Source of the DNA: Bacteroidales bacterium UBA1064
GTDB taxonomy: Bacteria; Bacteroidota; Bacteroidia; Bacteroidales; Tenuifilaceae
Length of the DNA: 45,957 nt
Direction of reading: 5' to 3'
NCBI GenBank assembly: GCA_002316235.1
Contig: DCDD01000204.1
Span: 1-45,957, forward strand
Part shown: positions 9,730-19,732 of the stretch, piece by piece
Layout of the letters: each line of letters begins with the position of its first letter
Numbering within the stretch: position 1 is the first letter of the stretch
Notes under the pieces: generated by a model
What the model was told of the DNA's origin: nothing
The model's input: the letters and a program-made list of their open reading frames with translations, nothing else
The model's database searches: none
Translations under genes and position numbers: made by a program

Positions 9730-11961
9730 ATGCGTATTAGGAAGCTATCTGAAATTACACTTGCTGCCATTATGAGCTTAACCATACTTTCATGCAGTAA
9801 GACAACCATGCCATACTCCGATGTGGTTGACCAGAAGGTTGACTCTATTCTGATGCTGATGACTCTTGAGGAAAAAATCGGACAGTTAAACCTGGTTACC
9901 AGCGATATGGATGTTACTGGTCCATTCATTCGTAAGGGGTATGAGGAGGATATTGCAAAGGGTAGAGTTGGGGCCATATTTAATGCCTATGGCGCAGGCT
10001 ACACCCGTAAACTTCAGGAGCTGGCTGTTAATAATACCAGGCTCCGCATTCCGTTACTCTTTGGCTACGATGTGATTCATGGCCACAAAACCATATTCCC
10101 AGTTCCCATAGGCGAGGCCTCCAGCTGGGATTTAGAGGCCATTGAGCGTTCGGCTCGGGTAGCTGCCGAGGAGGCTTCGGCTCAAGGCCTACACTGGACT
10201 TTTGCCCCCATGTGCGACATTGCCCGCGACCCACGATGGGGGAGGGTTGTTGAGGGTTCGGGCGAGGATCCCCTGCTTGGATCACTCATAGCTCAGGCAA
10301 GGGTTAGAGGTTTTCAGGGAACCGACTTAAGTCAAACCAACACTATACTTGCTTGCGTGAAGCATTTTGCTGCTTATGGTGCAGCTCAGGCTGGCCGCGA
10401 CTACCATAGCGTTGATATGAGCGAACGACAGCTGCGTGAAGTTTACCTACCGCCATATAAGGCTGCTATTGATGCCGGCGCACTTTCGGTTATGTCCTCA
10501 TTCAACGACCTTAATGGCATCCCCGCCACAGCCAGTAAATACCTTATGACTGATATCCTCCGAAATGAGTGGGGTTTTCAGGGATTTGTGGTAACCGACT
10601 ACACCTCAATTATGGAGCTGCTCCACCATGGAGTTGCGGCCGATACCCTCGATGCAGCCCGCCTGGCTCTCAATGCCGGAATTGATATGGATATGCAGTC
10701 GGGATTCTACAACAGCGCCTTGTTGAAGCTTTTAAATGAAAAGAAAATCAACGAGGAGCAAATCAACCAGGCAGTTAGAAGGATTCTACGAATCAAATTC
10801 TTACTTGGTTTGTTTGACGACCCCTACCGGTACTGCTCTATCTCCAGGGAAAAGGAGACCCTTTTAAGTAATGATAACCTGTTGGCAGCTAGGGATATGG
10901 CTAAAAAATCCATTGTGCTGCTGAAAAACCAAAATAATCTGTTGCCACTCGACAAGAATATTAAAACCATAGCGGTGGTTGGTCCCCTTGCTAACAGCCA
11001 AAGGGATATGATGGGCAGCTGGTCGGCTGCAGGTGACTGGCCAAATTCGGTTACCCTTCTTGAGGGCATTAAGAACAAGATACCAGGTTCACAAATTCTA
11101 TACGCACAAGGCTGTGCTATAGACGATTCCAACACCGGTATGATTGATGAGGCCGTTAAAATTGCTAAACGTGCCGATGTTGTTATACTGGCAGTGGGAG
11201 AGGCTGCATGGATGACCGGTGAGGCCTCCAGCCGCGCCAGTCTTGACCTTCCAGGTGTTCAGCAGGAACTGGTTGAAAGGATTTACAGCACCGGCAAGCC
11301 TATTGTGGCTGTGCTGATGAACGGAAGACCCCTCACAATCGGCTGGATAGACCAGCACATACCCTCAATTCTGGAAACATGGTTTCTTGGAACTCAGGCC
11401 GGTAACGCCATCGCCGATGTCATATTTGGCGACTACAACCCTTCTGGTAAGCTTCCCATTACCTTCCCGCGTTCGGTTGGACAAATCCCCATTTACTACT
11501 CCATGCGAAGCACCGGTCGCCCTTTCGATGCAAACAATAAGTACACCTCAAAGTACCTCGACGAAAGCAACGATCCGCTCTACCCTTTTGGCTACGGATT
11601 AAGCTACACAACCTTCGATTACGGGGAGGTTGAGTTAAGCTCCAGTGAAATTACCGAGACCGATACTCTTGACATATCCGTAAGTGTTACGAATACCGGG
11701 AAGTACTATGGTCGAGAGATGGTGCAGCTCTACATTCATGATAATGTAGCCTCGGTTGCCCCACCCGTAAAGCTTCTTAAGCAATTTCAATTTGTTGACC
11801 TTAAACCCGGTGAGAGTAAAAAAATGGTATTCAAGCTTACCGTAAACGACTTAATGTTCTACCGGGATGATATGTCCTACGGATTTGAAAAGGGACAATT
11901 CACTGTATATATTGGTGGTAATTCGCGTGATGTAAGGACAGCGTTTTTTTCTTTAAATTAG
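9730..11961 (+). CDS. bglX: GH3 family beta-glucosidase (BglX-like), lipoprotein
   Basis: 743 aa with lipobox LTILSCSK. GH3 motifs are present: GYDVIHGH, RDPRWGRVVEGSGEDP, KHFAAYG, and GFVVTDY with the nucleophile Asp. A C-terminal fibronectin-like domain is present. It starts 15 nt after the GH144-like gene. Confidence 0.92.
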   Translation: MRIRKLSEITLAAIMSLTILSCSKTTMPYSDVVDQKVDSILMLMTLEEKIGQLNLVTSDMDVTGPFIRKGYEEDIAKGRVGAIFNAYGAGYTRKLQELAVNNTRLRIPLLFGYDVIHGHKTIFPVPIGEASSWDLEAIERSARVAAEEASAQGLHWTFAPMCDIARDPRWGRVVEGSGEDPLLGSLIAQARVRGFQGTDLSQTNTILACVKHFAAYGAAQAGRDYHSVDMSERQLREVYLPPYKAAIDAGALSVMSSFNDLNGIPATASKYLMTDILRNEWGFQGFVVTDYTSIMELLHHGVAADTLDAARLALNAGIDMDMQSGFYNSALLKLLNEKKINEEQINQAVRRILRIKFLLGLFDDPYRYCSISREKETLLSNDNLLAARDMAKKSIVLLKNQNNLLPLDKNIKTIAVVGPLANSQRDMMGSWSAAGDWPNSVTLLEGIKNKIPGSQILYAQGCAIDDSNTGMIDEAVKIAKRADVVILAVGEAAWMTGEASSRASLDLPGVQQELVERIYSTGKPIVAVLMNGRPLTIGWIDQHIPSILETWFLGTQAGNAIADVIFGDYNPSGKLPITFPRSVGQIPIYYSMRSTGRPFDANNKYTSKYLDESNDPLYPFGYGLSYTTFDYGEVELSSSEITETDTLDISVSVTNTGKYYGREMVQLYIHDNVASVAPPVKLLKQFQFVDLKPGESKKMVFKLTVNDLMFYRDDMSYGFEKGQFTVYIGGNSRDVRTAFFSLN

Positions 11962-11989
11962 AGTTTGTTTTAGGTTTGGTTTGGAGAAT

Positions 11990-12010
11990 AGGTGGAAGTA
12001 TATTCCACCT
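11990..12010. terminator. weak hairpin between convergent genes
   Basis: aggtggaa (11990-11997) pairs with ttccacct (12003-12010) around a 5-nt loop. A partial T-run follows (aatctttt). It lies between the GH3 stop and the stop of the minus-strand phosphoesterase. Confidence 0.35.
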
Positions 12011-12108
12011 AATCTTTTATTAGTGAATGGAGTAAGTGGGGTGAGCTATTTTACTACATTTTTTGAGATGGATTAGTTCGTGGTGAATGCAGCTGTTGAT
12101 TGAGTATT

Positions 12109-12816
12109 TCACCATTTATCCAGGCACTCTACGAAGTTAAGCTCCCACTTGTCAAGGTCAAGGGCAACCAGGTAGCCGGTACCGGGGAAAAGCATCCCCC
12201 TGTACACACAACCGGCATCCAACCCAAAAATTCGCCTGTTGGGCTGCTTGAGTTTGTCGGCTATCACATCTAGCGCTTCGGGGGTATGCCCATGTATTAT
12301 CCTGTAATCCTGCATAAAATCGTTTGGGGCATCGTCAAGCCTGCTCCAGAGCATGGCTTCTGTATCCTCCAGGGGATTGGCTGCGGTAATGTTCAGCCCG
12401 CCATGTACAAGAATGTACTTATCGTCAACGATGAAGTATTGCTTTAGCGAGGTGAAAAAGTCCAAATGTGCTTTAGGAAGAAAGCCCAAATGACCATCAT
12501 CATCAAAACCAAACATTTTAACGTAGCTTTTAATGGTGGCTTGACCCGAGTTGGCCTGCCAAAGGCATAGCTCCGACTCTCCCTTTACCGAGTCAAGCAT
12601 CATCTGCTCGTGGTTTCCAATAAGGCAGCTGATGGTGTAGCCCGATCTCATTAACCCAATGATGTACTCCACTACTGCCGAGCTATCGGGGCCCCTATCA
12701 ATGTAATCGCCCAGGAAGAAAAGCCTGTCCTGTAGCGATACCTTTAGCTTTCCTTCAATAAGCATCCTAAGGGTTTGTATGCAACCGTGAATATCGGAAA
12801 TGATGTAGGTGGCCAT
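12109..12816 (-). CDS. metallophosphoesterase (PPP-family Ser/Thr phosphatase / ApaH-like)
   Basis: The calcineurin-like motif series is present: DIHGC, GDYIDRGPDS, GNHE, VHGG, HGHT. Confidence 0.85.
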   Translation of the reverse strand: MATYIISDIHGCIQTLRMLIEGKLKVSLQDRLFFLGDYIDRGPDSSAVVEYIIGLMRSGYTISCLIGNHEQMMLDSVKGESELCLWQANSGQATIKSYVKMFGFDDDGHLGFLPKAHLDFFTSLKQYFIVDDKYILVHGGLNITAANPLEDTEAMLWSRLDDAPNDFMQDYRIIHGHTPEALDVIADKLKQPNRRIFGLDAGCVYRGMLFPGTGYLVALDLDKWELNFVECLDKW

Positions 12817-12833
12817 GGAAGTAATATTCTATT

Positions 12834-12841
12834 CAAATGTA
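12834..12841 (-). promoter_or_regulatory. candidate -7 box (TACATTTG on the minus strand)
   Basis: The reverse complement of caaatgta matches TAnnTTTG. It lies 18 nt upstream of ATG 12816. Confidence 0.35.
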
Positions 12842-13069
12842 CACGACATTTTTTTAACATGCTGATGAATTTTTAAATTATTGAATGATTTTTTGGTCTG
12901 AAGCAGATAAGGCTTATTTTTAACTAGTTTTTACCAGCTTCAACCATGTTTTCAGGGTGATATTTTCATTTTTTTAGGATTTAGAAAACTTTTTAGGCGG
13001 GTGCTATTTAGAATCGTTTTAAATTGTAGCGCTGTAAAACAAAAATGGATAATGGTATATAAAGAAGTT

Positions 13070-13077
13070 TATTTTTG
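13070..13077 (+). promoter_or_regulatory. candidate -7 box (TATTTTTG) for the rseC-rnf operon
   Basis: Matches TAnnTTTG, 23 nt upstream of ATG 13101, at the end of a 284-nt AT-rich divergent spacer. Confidence 0.4.
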
Positions 13078-13100
13078 TAGCTGTTATTATTTATTTAGAA

Positions 13101-13526
13101 ATGCCTTCAGGAAATAATGTAGTTGAGCATCTGGGACGTGTTGATGCCATAACAAATAACGACATCCGGGTTGTTATAACCAGCCAGTCTGCATGCGAGT
13201 CGTGCCATGCCCGGGGCGCATGTCTGGCTTCGGAAAGCAAGGAAAAGTTTATTGTAGTTACTATACCCAACCATAATTTTATTGTAGGCGAACCTGTTAA
13301 GGTTCTACTTAAGGAATCCTTAGGATTTCGTGCCCTTTTTTTGGGTTATGTTCTTCCATTGCTTGTTGTTCTCACAACCCTTTTCACGCTGAGCGCAGCC
13401 GGTATGTCCGAAAAGGACGCCGGTTTACTTTCGCTGGCAGTCTTGGCTCCCTACTACCTTGGGCTTTATATTTTTAGAAAGAAGATTGCAAGGAAGTTTG
13501 AATTTGGAATTGAAAAAATTTCATAA
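13101..13526 (+). CDS. rseC: RseC/MucC-family (SoxR-reducing system) membrane protein
   Basis: N-terminal Cys cluster (SACESCHARGAC) followed by two hydrophobic helices. It sits immediately upstream of rnfB, the usual arrangement. Confidence 0.75.
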   Translation: MPSGNNVVEHLGRVDAITNNDIRVVITSQSACESCHARGACLASESKEKFIVVTIPNHNFIVGEPVKVLLKESLGFRALFLGYVLPLLVVLTTLFTLSAAGMSEKDAGLLSLAVLAPYYLGLYIFRKKIARKFEFGIEKIS

Positions 13527-13538
13527 TAAAAACATCGT

Positions 13539-14405
13539 ATGAGTTCAGTTCTTACTACGTCTATTTTAATGCTCACGATTTTGGGGGTTGTTTTAGCCGT
13601 AATCCTTTATGTTGTTGCGCAAAAGTTTAAGGTAGAAGAAGATCCCAGGATTGATGAGGTTGAAGCCCTGCTGCCAGGTGCCAACTGCGGCGGATGTGGT
13701 TATCCCGGGTGCAGGGGGTTGGCCGATGCGCTTGTTAAGGCAGACGATATCAGCGCGATTTCTTGCCCTGTTGGCGGTAACGAAACCATGAGAAAGGTGG
13801 CTGCCATACTTGGTAAAGCAGTTGAGGACAAGGATCCGCAAATTGCCGTAGTGCGTTGTTCGGGAAGCCCCCAAAACAGGACGCGAGTTGTAGAGTATAA
13901 CGGAATATCTTCTTGCAAATTTGCATCCACACTTTACAGCGGCGATACGGGTTGCCAATTCGGATGCTTAGGTCTTGGCGACTGTGTTGCGGTTTGCAAG
14001 TTTGATGCCATCTATATTGACCCCGTTTCCCTTCTTCCGGTTATAGACGAGGAGAAGTGCACTGCTTGTGGGGCATGCGTAAAGGCATGTCCAAAATTAC
14101 TTATAGAGCTGCGGAAAAAGGGGCCAAAGGGCAAGCGAATTTTCGTGTCGTGCATGAATACCGACAAGGGTGGTGTTGCACGTAAGTACTGCAGCGTTGC
14201 ATGCATTGGGTGTTTCAAGTGCGTGAAGGTTTGCCCTTACGAGGCCATCACCCTGGAGAATAACCTGGCCTACATTGATGCCAACAAGTGCAAGCTTTGC
14301 AGGAAGTGCGTGGAAGAATGCCCAACCGATTCCATTTTGGAGGTAAACTTCCCTCCACGCAAGCCGAAGGTTGAGGAACAAGCCCAGAACGCAGTAACCA
14401 GCTAG
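13539..14405 (+). CDS. rnfB: Rnf electron-transport complex subunit B
   Basis: N-terminal TM helix, the CGGCGYPGC motif and several CxxCxxCxxxCP ferredoxin clusters. Confidence 0.92.
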   Translation: MSSVLTTSILMLTILGVVLAVILYVVAQKFKVEEDPRIDEVEALLPGANCGGCGYPGCRGLADALVKADDISAISCPVGGNETMRKVAAILGKAVEDKDPQIAVVRCSGSPQNRTRVVEYNGISSCKFASTLYSGDTGCQFGCLGLGDCVAVCKFDAIYIDPVSLLPVIDEEKCTACGACVKACPKLLIELRKKGPKGKRIFVSCMNTDKGGVARKYCSVACIGCFKCVKVCPYEAITLENNLAYIDANKCKLCRKCVEECPTDSILEVNFPPRKPKVEEQAQNAVTS

Positions 14406-14447
14406 CATAAGCCATATCAAACTTAATTTTAAAAAAAATTGCTAAAC

Positions 14448-15779
14448 GTGTTGAAAACATTTAAAAAGGGGGGAGTTCATCCACCTGAAAATAAGATTTC
14501 AGCAGCTCAACCGGTTGAGGTTTTGCCTCTTCCGGCTAAAGTCATCATTCCTCTGTCGCAGCATATAGGTGCCCCGGCAGAGGCGATGGTAGCCAAAGGC
14601 GATAGGGTAAAAACCGGACAACTCATAGCCAAAAGCGCTGGCTTTGTGTCGGCCAATATCCATTCAACTGTTTCAGGAATAGTAGAGTCCCTTGAACCCG
14701 TGATGGATAGTTCAGGCTATAAACGGCCTGCCATAACCATCAACGTTGAGGGAGATGATTGGGAGCCTTCAGTTGACCGTTCTCCCAACTTAAAGAAGGA
14801 AATAACCCTTTCGGCTCAGGATATTATAAAAAAAATAGCGGAGGCCGGTATTGTGGGCCTTGGCGGTGCAACATTTCCAACCCATGTAAAGCTTTCCGTT
14901 CCCGCAGGCAAGAAGGCTGAAATGCTGGTGATTAATGGTGTTGAGTGTGAACCCTTTCTTACCTCTGATCATAGGCTGATGCTCGAGAAAGGCCACGAGC
15001 TTATGATTGGCATTCAGATTTTGATGAAAGCTCTGAATGTGCCTAAGGCTATGGTTGGTATTGAGGCGAATAAGCCCGATGCTGTATCCCATCTCCAATC
15101 ACTGGCCAAGTCATACAGCGGAATAGAGGTTCAACCTCTAAAGGTGAAGTACCCTCAGGGTGGCGAAAAACAGCTTATTAAGGCGCTTACCGGCCGTGAG
15201 GTTCCTTCGGGTGGATTGCCAATTGATATAGGTGCAGTTGTTCATAACGTGGGCACAGCCCTTGCAGTTTACGAGGCGGTGCAGAAAAATAAGCCGCTGG
15301 TTGAGCGCATTGTTACCGTTACGGGTAAAAATCTTGCCCATCCATCAAACTTTTTGGTAAGAATTGGAACGCCAGTTTCGGCACTGATCGCCGCTGCAGG
15401 TGGCCTACCAGATGATACAGGTAAGGTGGTGAGCGGTGGCCCCATGATGGGAAAGGCAGTTAGCTCCATTGATGTGCCCGTTACGAAAGGAACTTCGGGA
15501 ATATTGGTAATTCCTGCTGCCGAATCAAAACGTAAACCCGAAGGTGTTTGCATTAGGTGTGCCAAGTGCGTTTCTGTTTGCCCTATGGGGTTGGAGCCCT
15601 ACTTGCTTTACCGGCTGGGGCAGCGAATGCAGTATAGCCAAATGGAGGTAGAGCGTGTGCTCGATTGCATGGAGTGCGGTTCTTGCAGCTTTGAGTGTCC
15701 GGCTAACTTGTTTTTGCTCGACTTTATCAGGCTAGGCAAGGTTGAGGTAGGCAAAATTGTTAGGGAGCGGAAAAATTAA
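14448..15779 (+). CDS. rnfC: Rnf electron-transport complex subunit C
   Basis: The ORF opens at TTG 14439, but GTG 14448 gives MLKTFKKGGVHPPENK, the typical RnfC N-terminus. Motifs present: GLGGATFPTHVK, INGVECEP, and two 4Fe-4S motifs (CIRCAKCVSVCP, CMECGSCSFECP). Confidence 0.92.
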   Translation: MLKTFKKGGVHPPENKISAAQPVEVLPLPAKVIIPLSQHIGAPAEAMVAKGDRVKTGQLIAKSAGFVSANIHSTVSGIVESLEPVMDSSGYKRPAITINVEGDDWEPSVDRSPNLKKEITLSAQDIIKKIAEAGIVGLGGATFPTHVKLSVPAGKKAEMLVINGVECEPFLTSDHRLMLEKGHELMIGIQILMKALNVPKAMVGIEANKPDAVSHLQSLAKSYSGIEVQPLKVKYPQGGEKQLIKALTGREVPSGGLPIDIGAVVHNVGTALAVYEAVQKNKPLVERIVTVTGKNLAHPSNFLVRIGTPVSALIAAAGGLPDDTGKVVSGGPMMGKAVSSIDVPVTKGTSGILVIPAAESKRKPEGVCIRCAKCVSVCPMGLEPYLLYRLGQRMQYSQMEVERVLDCMECGSCSFECPANLFLLDFIRLGKVEVGKIVRERKN

Positions 15780-15816
15780 CATTTAAAGTATATACTGACA
15801 GTAACCTTTTAAACGA

Positions 15817-16821
15817 ATGGATAATCGTTTTGTAGTTTCACCATCGCCCCATGTGCATAGCGGCAAATCGACCAGCCAGCTGATGCTGAATGTGGTTTTA
15901 GCGCTGATGCCGGCGTTTGCCGTTTCCATTTACTACTTTGGCGTGGGAGCCATAATTGTTACTCTAATATCGGTTCTTTCGTGCGTGCTATTCGAGTACC
16001 TGATTCAGAAGTTTATTTTCAAGGTTAAGCCGACAATATCCGATTGCTCTGCGGTTGTAACGGGTTTGCTGCTGGCATTTAACGTTCCGAGCAATCTGCC
16101 GTGGTACATTATAGTGCTGGGAAGCCTCTTTGCAATTGGCGTTGCCAAGATGAGCTTCGGAGGGCTGGGCAATAATATTTTCAACCCGGCCATTGCCGCA
16201 CGAATTTTCCTGCTGATATCCTTTCCGGTGCAAATGACCAGCTGGCCGCTACCGGTTACCTCTCGTTTACAGTATATTGATGCTATTACCGGTCCAACCC
16301 CTTTGGCTATTATTAAGGAGGGGGTTAAGAATGGCCAAACCATTTCGCAAATGGCCGACAGCATTCCTTCCCACATGCAGCTTTTCATGGGCTTGATGGG
16401 TGGCTCGTTGGGGGAGATTGCTGCTTTCGCCTTGCTTATTGGGTTTGCATGGCTTCTCATTACCCGCGTAATTACCTGGCATATTCCGGTATCAATTTTT
16501 ACTACCATTTTCGTATTCACAGGAATTTTATGGCTTATCAACCCCGGTATCTATGCCGACCCGGTTTTCCACCTCCTTACCGGTGGTGTGATGCTGGGGG
16601 CTATATTCATGGCCACCGACTATGTTACCTCACCCATGCATCCCAAAGGCATGTGGATATACGGAATAGGTATTGGCGCGCTTACTGTGATAATAAGGGT
16701 TTGGGGCTCGTACCCTGAGGGAGTTTCGTTTGCCATTCTGATTATGAACGCTTTCGTACCCCTTATCAACCGATTCGTAAAGCCAAAACGTTTTGGTGCA
16801 GCAGCAATAAGCGGTAAATAG
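15817..16821 (+). CDS. rnfD: Rnf electron-transport complex subunit D
   Basis: Polytopic membrane protein of the NqrB/RnfD family, with SPHVHS near the N-terminus and the FMN-attachment region FMATDYVTSP. Confidence 0.92.
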   Translation: MDNRFVVSPSPHVHSGKSTSQLMLNVVLALMPAFAVSIYYFGVGAIIVTLISVLSCVLFEYLIQKFIFKVKPTISDCSAVVTGLLLAFNVPSNLPWYIIVLGSLFAIGVAKMSFGGLGNNIFNPAIAARIFLLISFPVQMTSWPLPVTSRLQYIDAITGPTPLAIIKEGVKNGQTISQMADSIPSHMQLFMGLMGGSLGEIAAFALLIGFAWLLITRVITWHIPVSIFTTIFVFTGILWLINPGIYADPVFHLLTGGVMLGAIFMATDYVTSPMHPKGMWIYGIGIGALTVIIRVWGSYPEGVSFAILIMNAFVPLINRFVKPKRFGAAAISGK

Positions 16822-16845
16822 CATGTAAAACTTAAACATCAAAAT

Positions 16846-17424
16846 ATGTCCGGTGTAGAATCATCATTTAAGAATATGACCATTTCCCTGCTGGCGATTA
16901 CCCTTGTTGCATCTGCCGGATTGGGGCTGGTTTATAAATCAACCAAGGATCCTATTGCAGCCGCTCAGGTGGCTAAGGTGAACAACGCTATTAAGGCGGT
17001 TGTTCCCGAATTTGACAACCAACCATCCAACGAAGCATACACTGTAAAGGCCGATGGTGATGATTTGTTTTTCTATCCCGCCTCCAAGAATGGCCAGCTT
17101 GTGGGCGTAGCGGTTAAAACATTCAGCAACAATGGCTTTGGTGGAAGAATTGAGCTGATGGTCGGCTTTTTACCCGATGGAACCATCAACAAGATTACTG
17201 TAATTTCTCACAAGGAAACTCCCGGTTTGGGTGATAAGATAGACCCAGGAAAGTCCGATTTTTCCGTTCAATTCGAGGGTAAAAATCCGGAAACTTTCAA
17301 GGTTATGGTGAAGAAGGATGGGGGCGACGTTGATGCCATAACTGCTTCAACCATCTCGTCCAGAGCCTTTTGCGATGCAGTTAACCGCGCCTACAAAGCT
17401 TTTAAGGAAGGGGGTAGAAAATGA
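16846..17424 (+). CDS. rnfG: Rnf electron-transport complex subunit G
   Basis: Single N-terminal TM helix, an FMN-binding domain (ETPGLGDKI) and the flavinylation motif region [10 protein letters not shown]. Confidence 0.9.
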   Translation: MSGVESSFKNMTISLLAITLVASAGLGLVYKSTKDPIAAAQVAKVNNAIKAVVPEFDNQPSNEAYTVKADGDDLFFYPASKNGQLVGVAVKTFSNNGFGGRIELMVGFLPDGTINKITVISHKETPGLGDKIDPGKSDFSVQFEGKNPETFKVMVKKDGGDVDAITASTISSRAFCDAVNRAYKAFKEGGRK

Positions 17425-18002
17425 GCGCATGGAGCAACCTTACGAGGGGTATTATCAGGGAAAACCCAACCTTTGTAATAGTGCTGGGGATGTGTCCCAC
17501 CCTGGCCACCACCACTTCTGCTATTAACGGGCTAGGCATGGGGCTGGCCACCACCTTTGTGCTGTTGGGATCAAATGTTGTAATCTCCATGATTGCACGT
17601 TTTATCCCCGACAAGGTTAGAATTCCCTCCTACATTGTGGTAATTGCCACATTTGTTACTATAGTTGACCTGCTTATGCAAGCCTACACGCAGTCGCTCT
17701 ATGAAACCCTGGGAATTTTTATACCTCTAATTGTGGTTAACTGCATTGTTCTGGGTCGTGCTGAGGCATTTGCCCGAAAGAATAGCGTGCTCGATTCAGC
17801 GATGGATGGGTTGGGAATGGGAATTGGATTCACCATGGCCCTTACGCTGTTGGGCTCAATTAGGGAAATGCTGGGAAACGGATCGCTGTTCAACTACAAG
17901 TTTATTCCGGGTGATGCCATTCTGGTTTTCATCCTTTCGCCGGGTGCATTTATTGCCCTGGCATACCTGATTGCCCTATTCAACAAGTTTGTTAAAAAGT
18001 AG
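17421..18002 (+). CDS. rnfE: Rnf electron-transport complex subunit E
   Basis: NqrD/RnfE-type six-helix membrane protein ([33 protein letters not shown]). It overlaps rnfG by ATGA. Confidence 0.9.
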   Translation: MSAWSNLTRGIIRENPTFVIVLGMCPTLATTTSAINGLGMGLATTFVLLGSNVVISMIARFIPDKVRIPSYIVVIATFVTIVDLLMQAYTQSLYETLGIFIPLIVVNCIVLGRAEAFARKNSVLDSAMDGLGMGIGFTMALTLLGSIREMLGNGSLFNYKFIPGDAILVFILSPGAFIALAYLIALFNKFVKK

Positions 18003-18011
18003 GAGGCTGTT

Positions 18012-18587
18012 ATGGAATACCTGATAATTATTATTGCTGCAATATTTGTCAATAACGTTGTACTGTCGCAATTTTTAGGAATTTGCCCATTCCTGGGGGT
18101 TTCATCAAAAATCAACACGTCAGTTGGAATGGGGGGAGCCGTGGTGTTTGTCATGGTGCTGTCAACCATTGTAACCTATCTCCTTCAGCAATACGTGTTA
18201 AACCCCTTGAACATAGGGTATATGCAAACCATTGTTTTCATTCTGGTTATTGCCGCCCTGGTTCAAATGGTGGAAATAATTCTAAAAAAGATTAGTCCTT
18301 CCCTATACCAGGCGCTGGGAATTTTCCTACCGCTCATTTCAACCAACTGCGCAGTGCTGGGAACAGCAATACTGGTCATAAAGCATAACTATAACCTGCT
18401 CGAAGGAGTTGTTTTTACGGCTGCAACCGCTGTCGGTTTTGGTTTTGCCCTGGTAATTATGGCCGGCATTCGCGAGCAGATGGAGCTTGCCAATATCCCT
18501 AAGGGTATGAAGGGAATTCCCATTGCGCTGCTTACAGCAGGAATTCTTTCGCTTGCATTCATGGGATTTGCCGGAATAGTCAAGTAG
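18012..18587 (+). CDS. rnfA: Rnf electron-transport complex subunit A
   Basis: NqrE/RnfA-type membrane protein (NNVVLSQFLGICPFLGVS, LPLISTNCAVLG). It is the last gene of the operon. Confidence 0.9.
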   Translation: MEYLIIIIAAIFVNNVVLSQFLGICPFLGVSSKINTSVGMGGAVVFVMVLSTIVTYLLQQYVLNPLNIGYMQTIVFILVIAALVQMVEIILKKISPSLYQALGIFLPLISTNCAVLGTAILVIKHNYNLLEGVVFTAATAVGFGFALVIMAGIREQMELANIPKGMKGIPIALLTAGILSLAFMGFAGIVK

Positions 18588-18853
18588 GGTGGGACAAGCT
18601 GCATTCCCTCGAACCCAATTTGGTTTAAGGTAAAAGCTTGGCATTGAGTGTCATTTAACTTCTGTTGCCCTTACCATTATTCCTAATGGCGCTGTGTGCT
18701 TCCTACCAGCCTATACCTGGCAAAACCAACCTGCAATTAAGCGGTACACTTTTCTAACATGGCAGGCAATCCGTTTTAAACCTTTTTTAACAGTTCAAAT
18801 CATATTAAAACGTGCATCATGGACTACCTTAGCAGATTAAGTAGGGGGTAACC

Positions 18854-19666
18854 ATGAGAACGGGTTTTATCGGGCAGCTTCTGAATTACTTACGATTTAG
18901 AGTTAACTGCAAACGGCGGGGGGGCTATGGGATACACTCTCCTTATGTTTACAGCCTCTATACCGAAACACTTAATGCCGATTCTAAAAACAACAAGGTC
19001 TTTGAGAGAATAGAGCAGTACCGAAAGGATTTAAGGAGATGTGGGTTAAGCATTGTACGCCAGAGGCTTGGCGATAATCCCGAAAATGGATTCCCTGGCG
19101 ATAAGGTTAAGCTTGCCAGAATTGCCAGGAACGTTTCGGTTCCACCCCATTTGGGACGGTTGCTTTTCAGGTTATGCAGTAGGTTTAACCCCGAAATCAT
19201 AGTGGAGCTGGGAACATCTGTGGGCATTAGCACGATGTACATGGCTGCAGCTAACCCCAATTCTAAGGTTTACACCATAGAGGGGGAGGAGTCTATCCTT
19301 GCAATAGCCCGGAATAGATTCAAGCAGATGGGTTTTACCAACATCGAACCCATTGCCGGCAACTTTGATGTTCAGCTACCCGAGCTCATAAAACGAATTA
19401 GCACTATTGATTTTGCCTTTATTGATGGCGATCACAATGGCAGAGCGCTCCTCCAAAATTTCAACCGGATGTTACCAAGGGTAGCTGACACTTCTGTTTT
19501 TGTGATTGATGATATTCGATGGAGCCCTGGCATGGAAGCTGCATGGAAGCAGATATGCAGCAACCCAAAGGTTACCATTTCTATCGACCTTTTCCGATGC
19601 GGAATACTGTTCTTTAGGACTGGAATTGCAAAGCAACATTTCCTGCTACGTTACGGCCCATACTAA
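18854..19666 (+). CDS. class I SAM-dependent methyltransferase (O-methyltransferase-like)
   Basis: SAM-binding motif I is present (VELGTSVGIST), followed by FAFIDGDH, typical of family-3 O-methyltransferase-like proteins. Confidence 0.7.
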   Translation: MRTGFIGQLLNYLRFRVNCKRRGGYGIHSPYVYSLYTETLNADSKNNKVFERIEQYRKDLRRCGLSIVRQRLGDNPENGFPGDKVKLARIARNVSVPPHLGRLLFRLCSRFNPEIIVELGTSVGISTMYMAAANPNSKVYTIEGEESILAIARNRFKQMGFTNIEPIAGNFDVQLPELIKRISTIDFAFIDGDHNGRALLQNFNRMLPRVADTSVFVIDDIRWSPGMEAAWKQICSNPKVTISIDLFRCGILFFRTGIAKQHFLLRYGPY

Positions 19667-19697
19667 ATTTTAAACTTTGCACCCTAAATATTTATTA

Positions 19698-19705
19698 TAC
19701 ATTTG
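19698..19705 (+). promoter_or_regulatory. candidate -7 box (TACATTTG)
   Basis: Matches TAnnTTTG, 27 nt upstream of ATG 19733. Confidence 0.4.
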
Positions 19706-19732
19706 TAGAACAACATAACGGAACAAAATTCA

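Noticed and set aside
13101-18587. The rseC-rnfBCDGEA cluster as a possible novel system.
   Set aside because: Gene order, subunit motifs and the upstream RseC-like gene are the canonical arrangement for Rnf complexes in anaerobic Bacteroidota. Nothing is atypical except the non-ATG start choice for rnfC.
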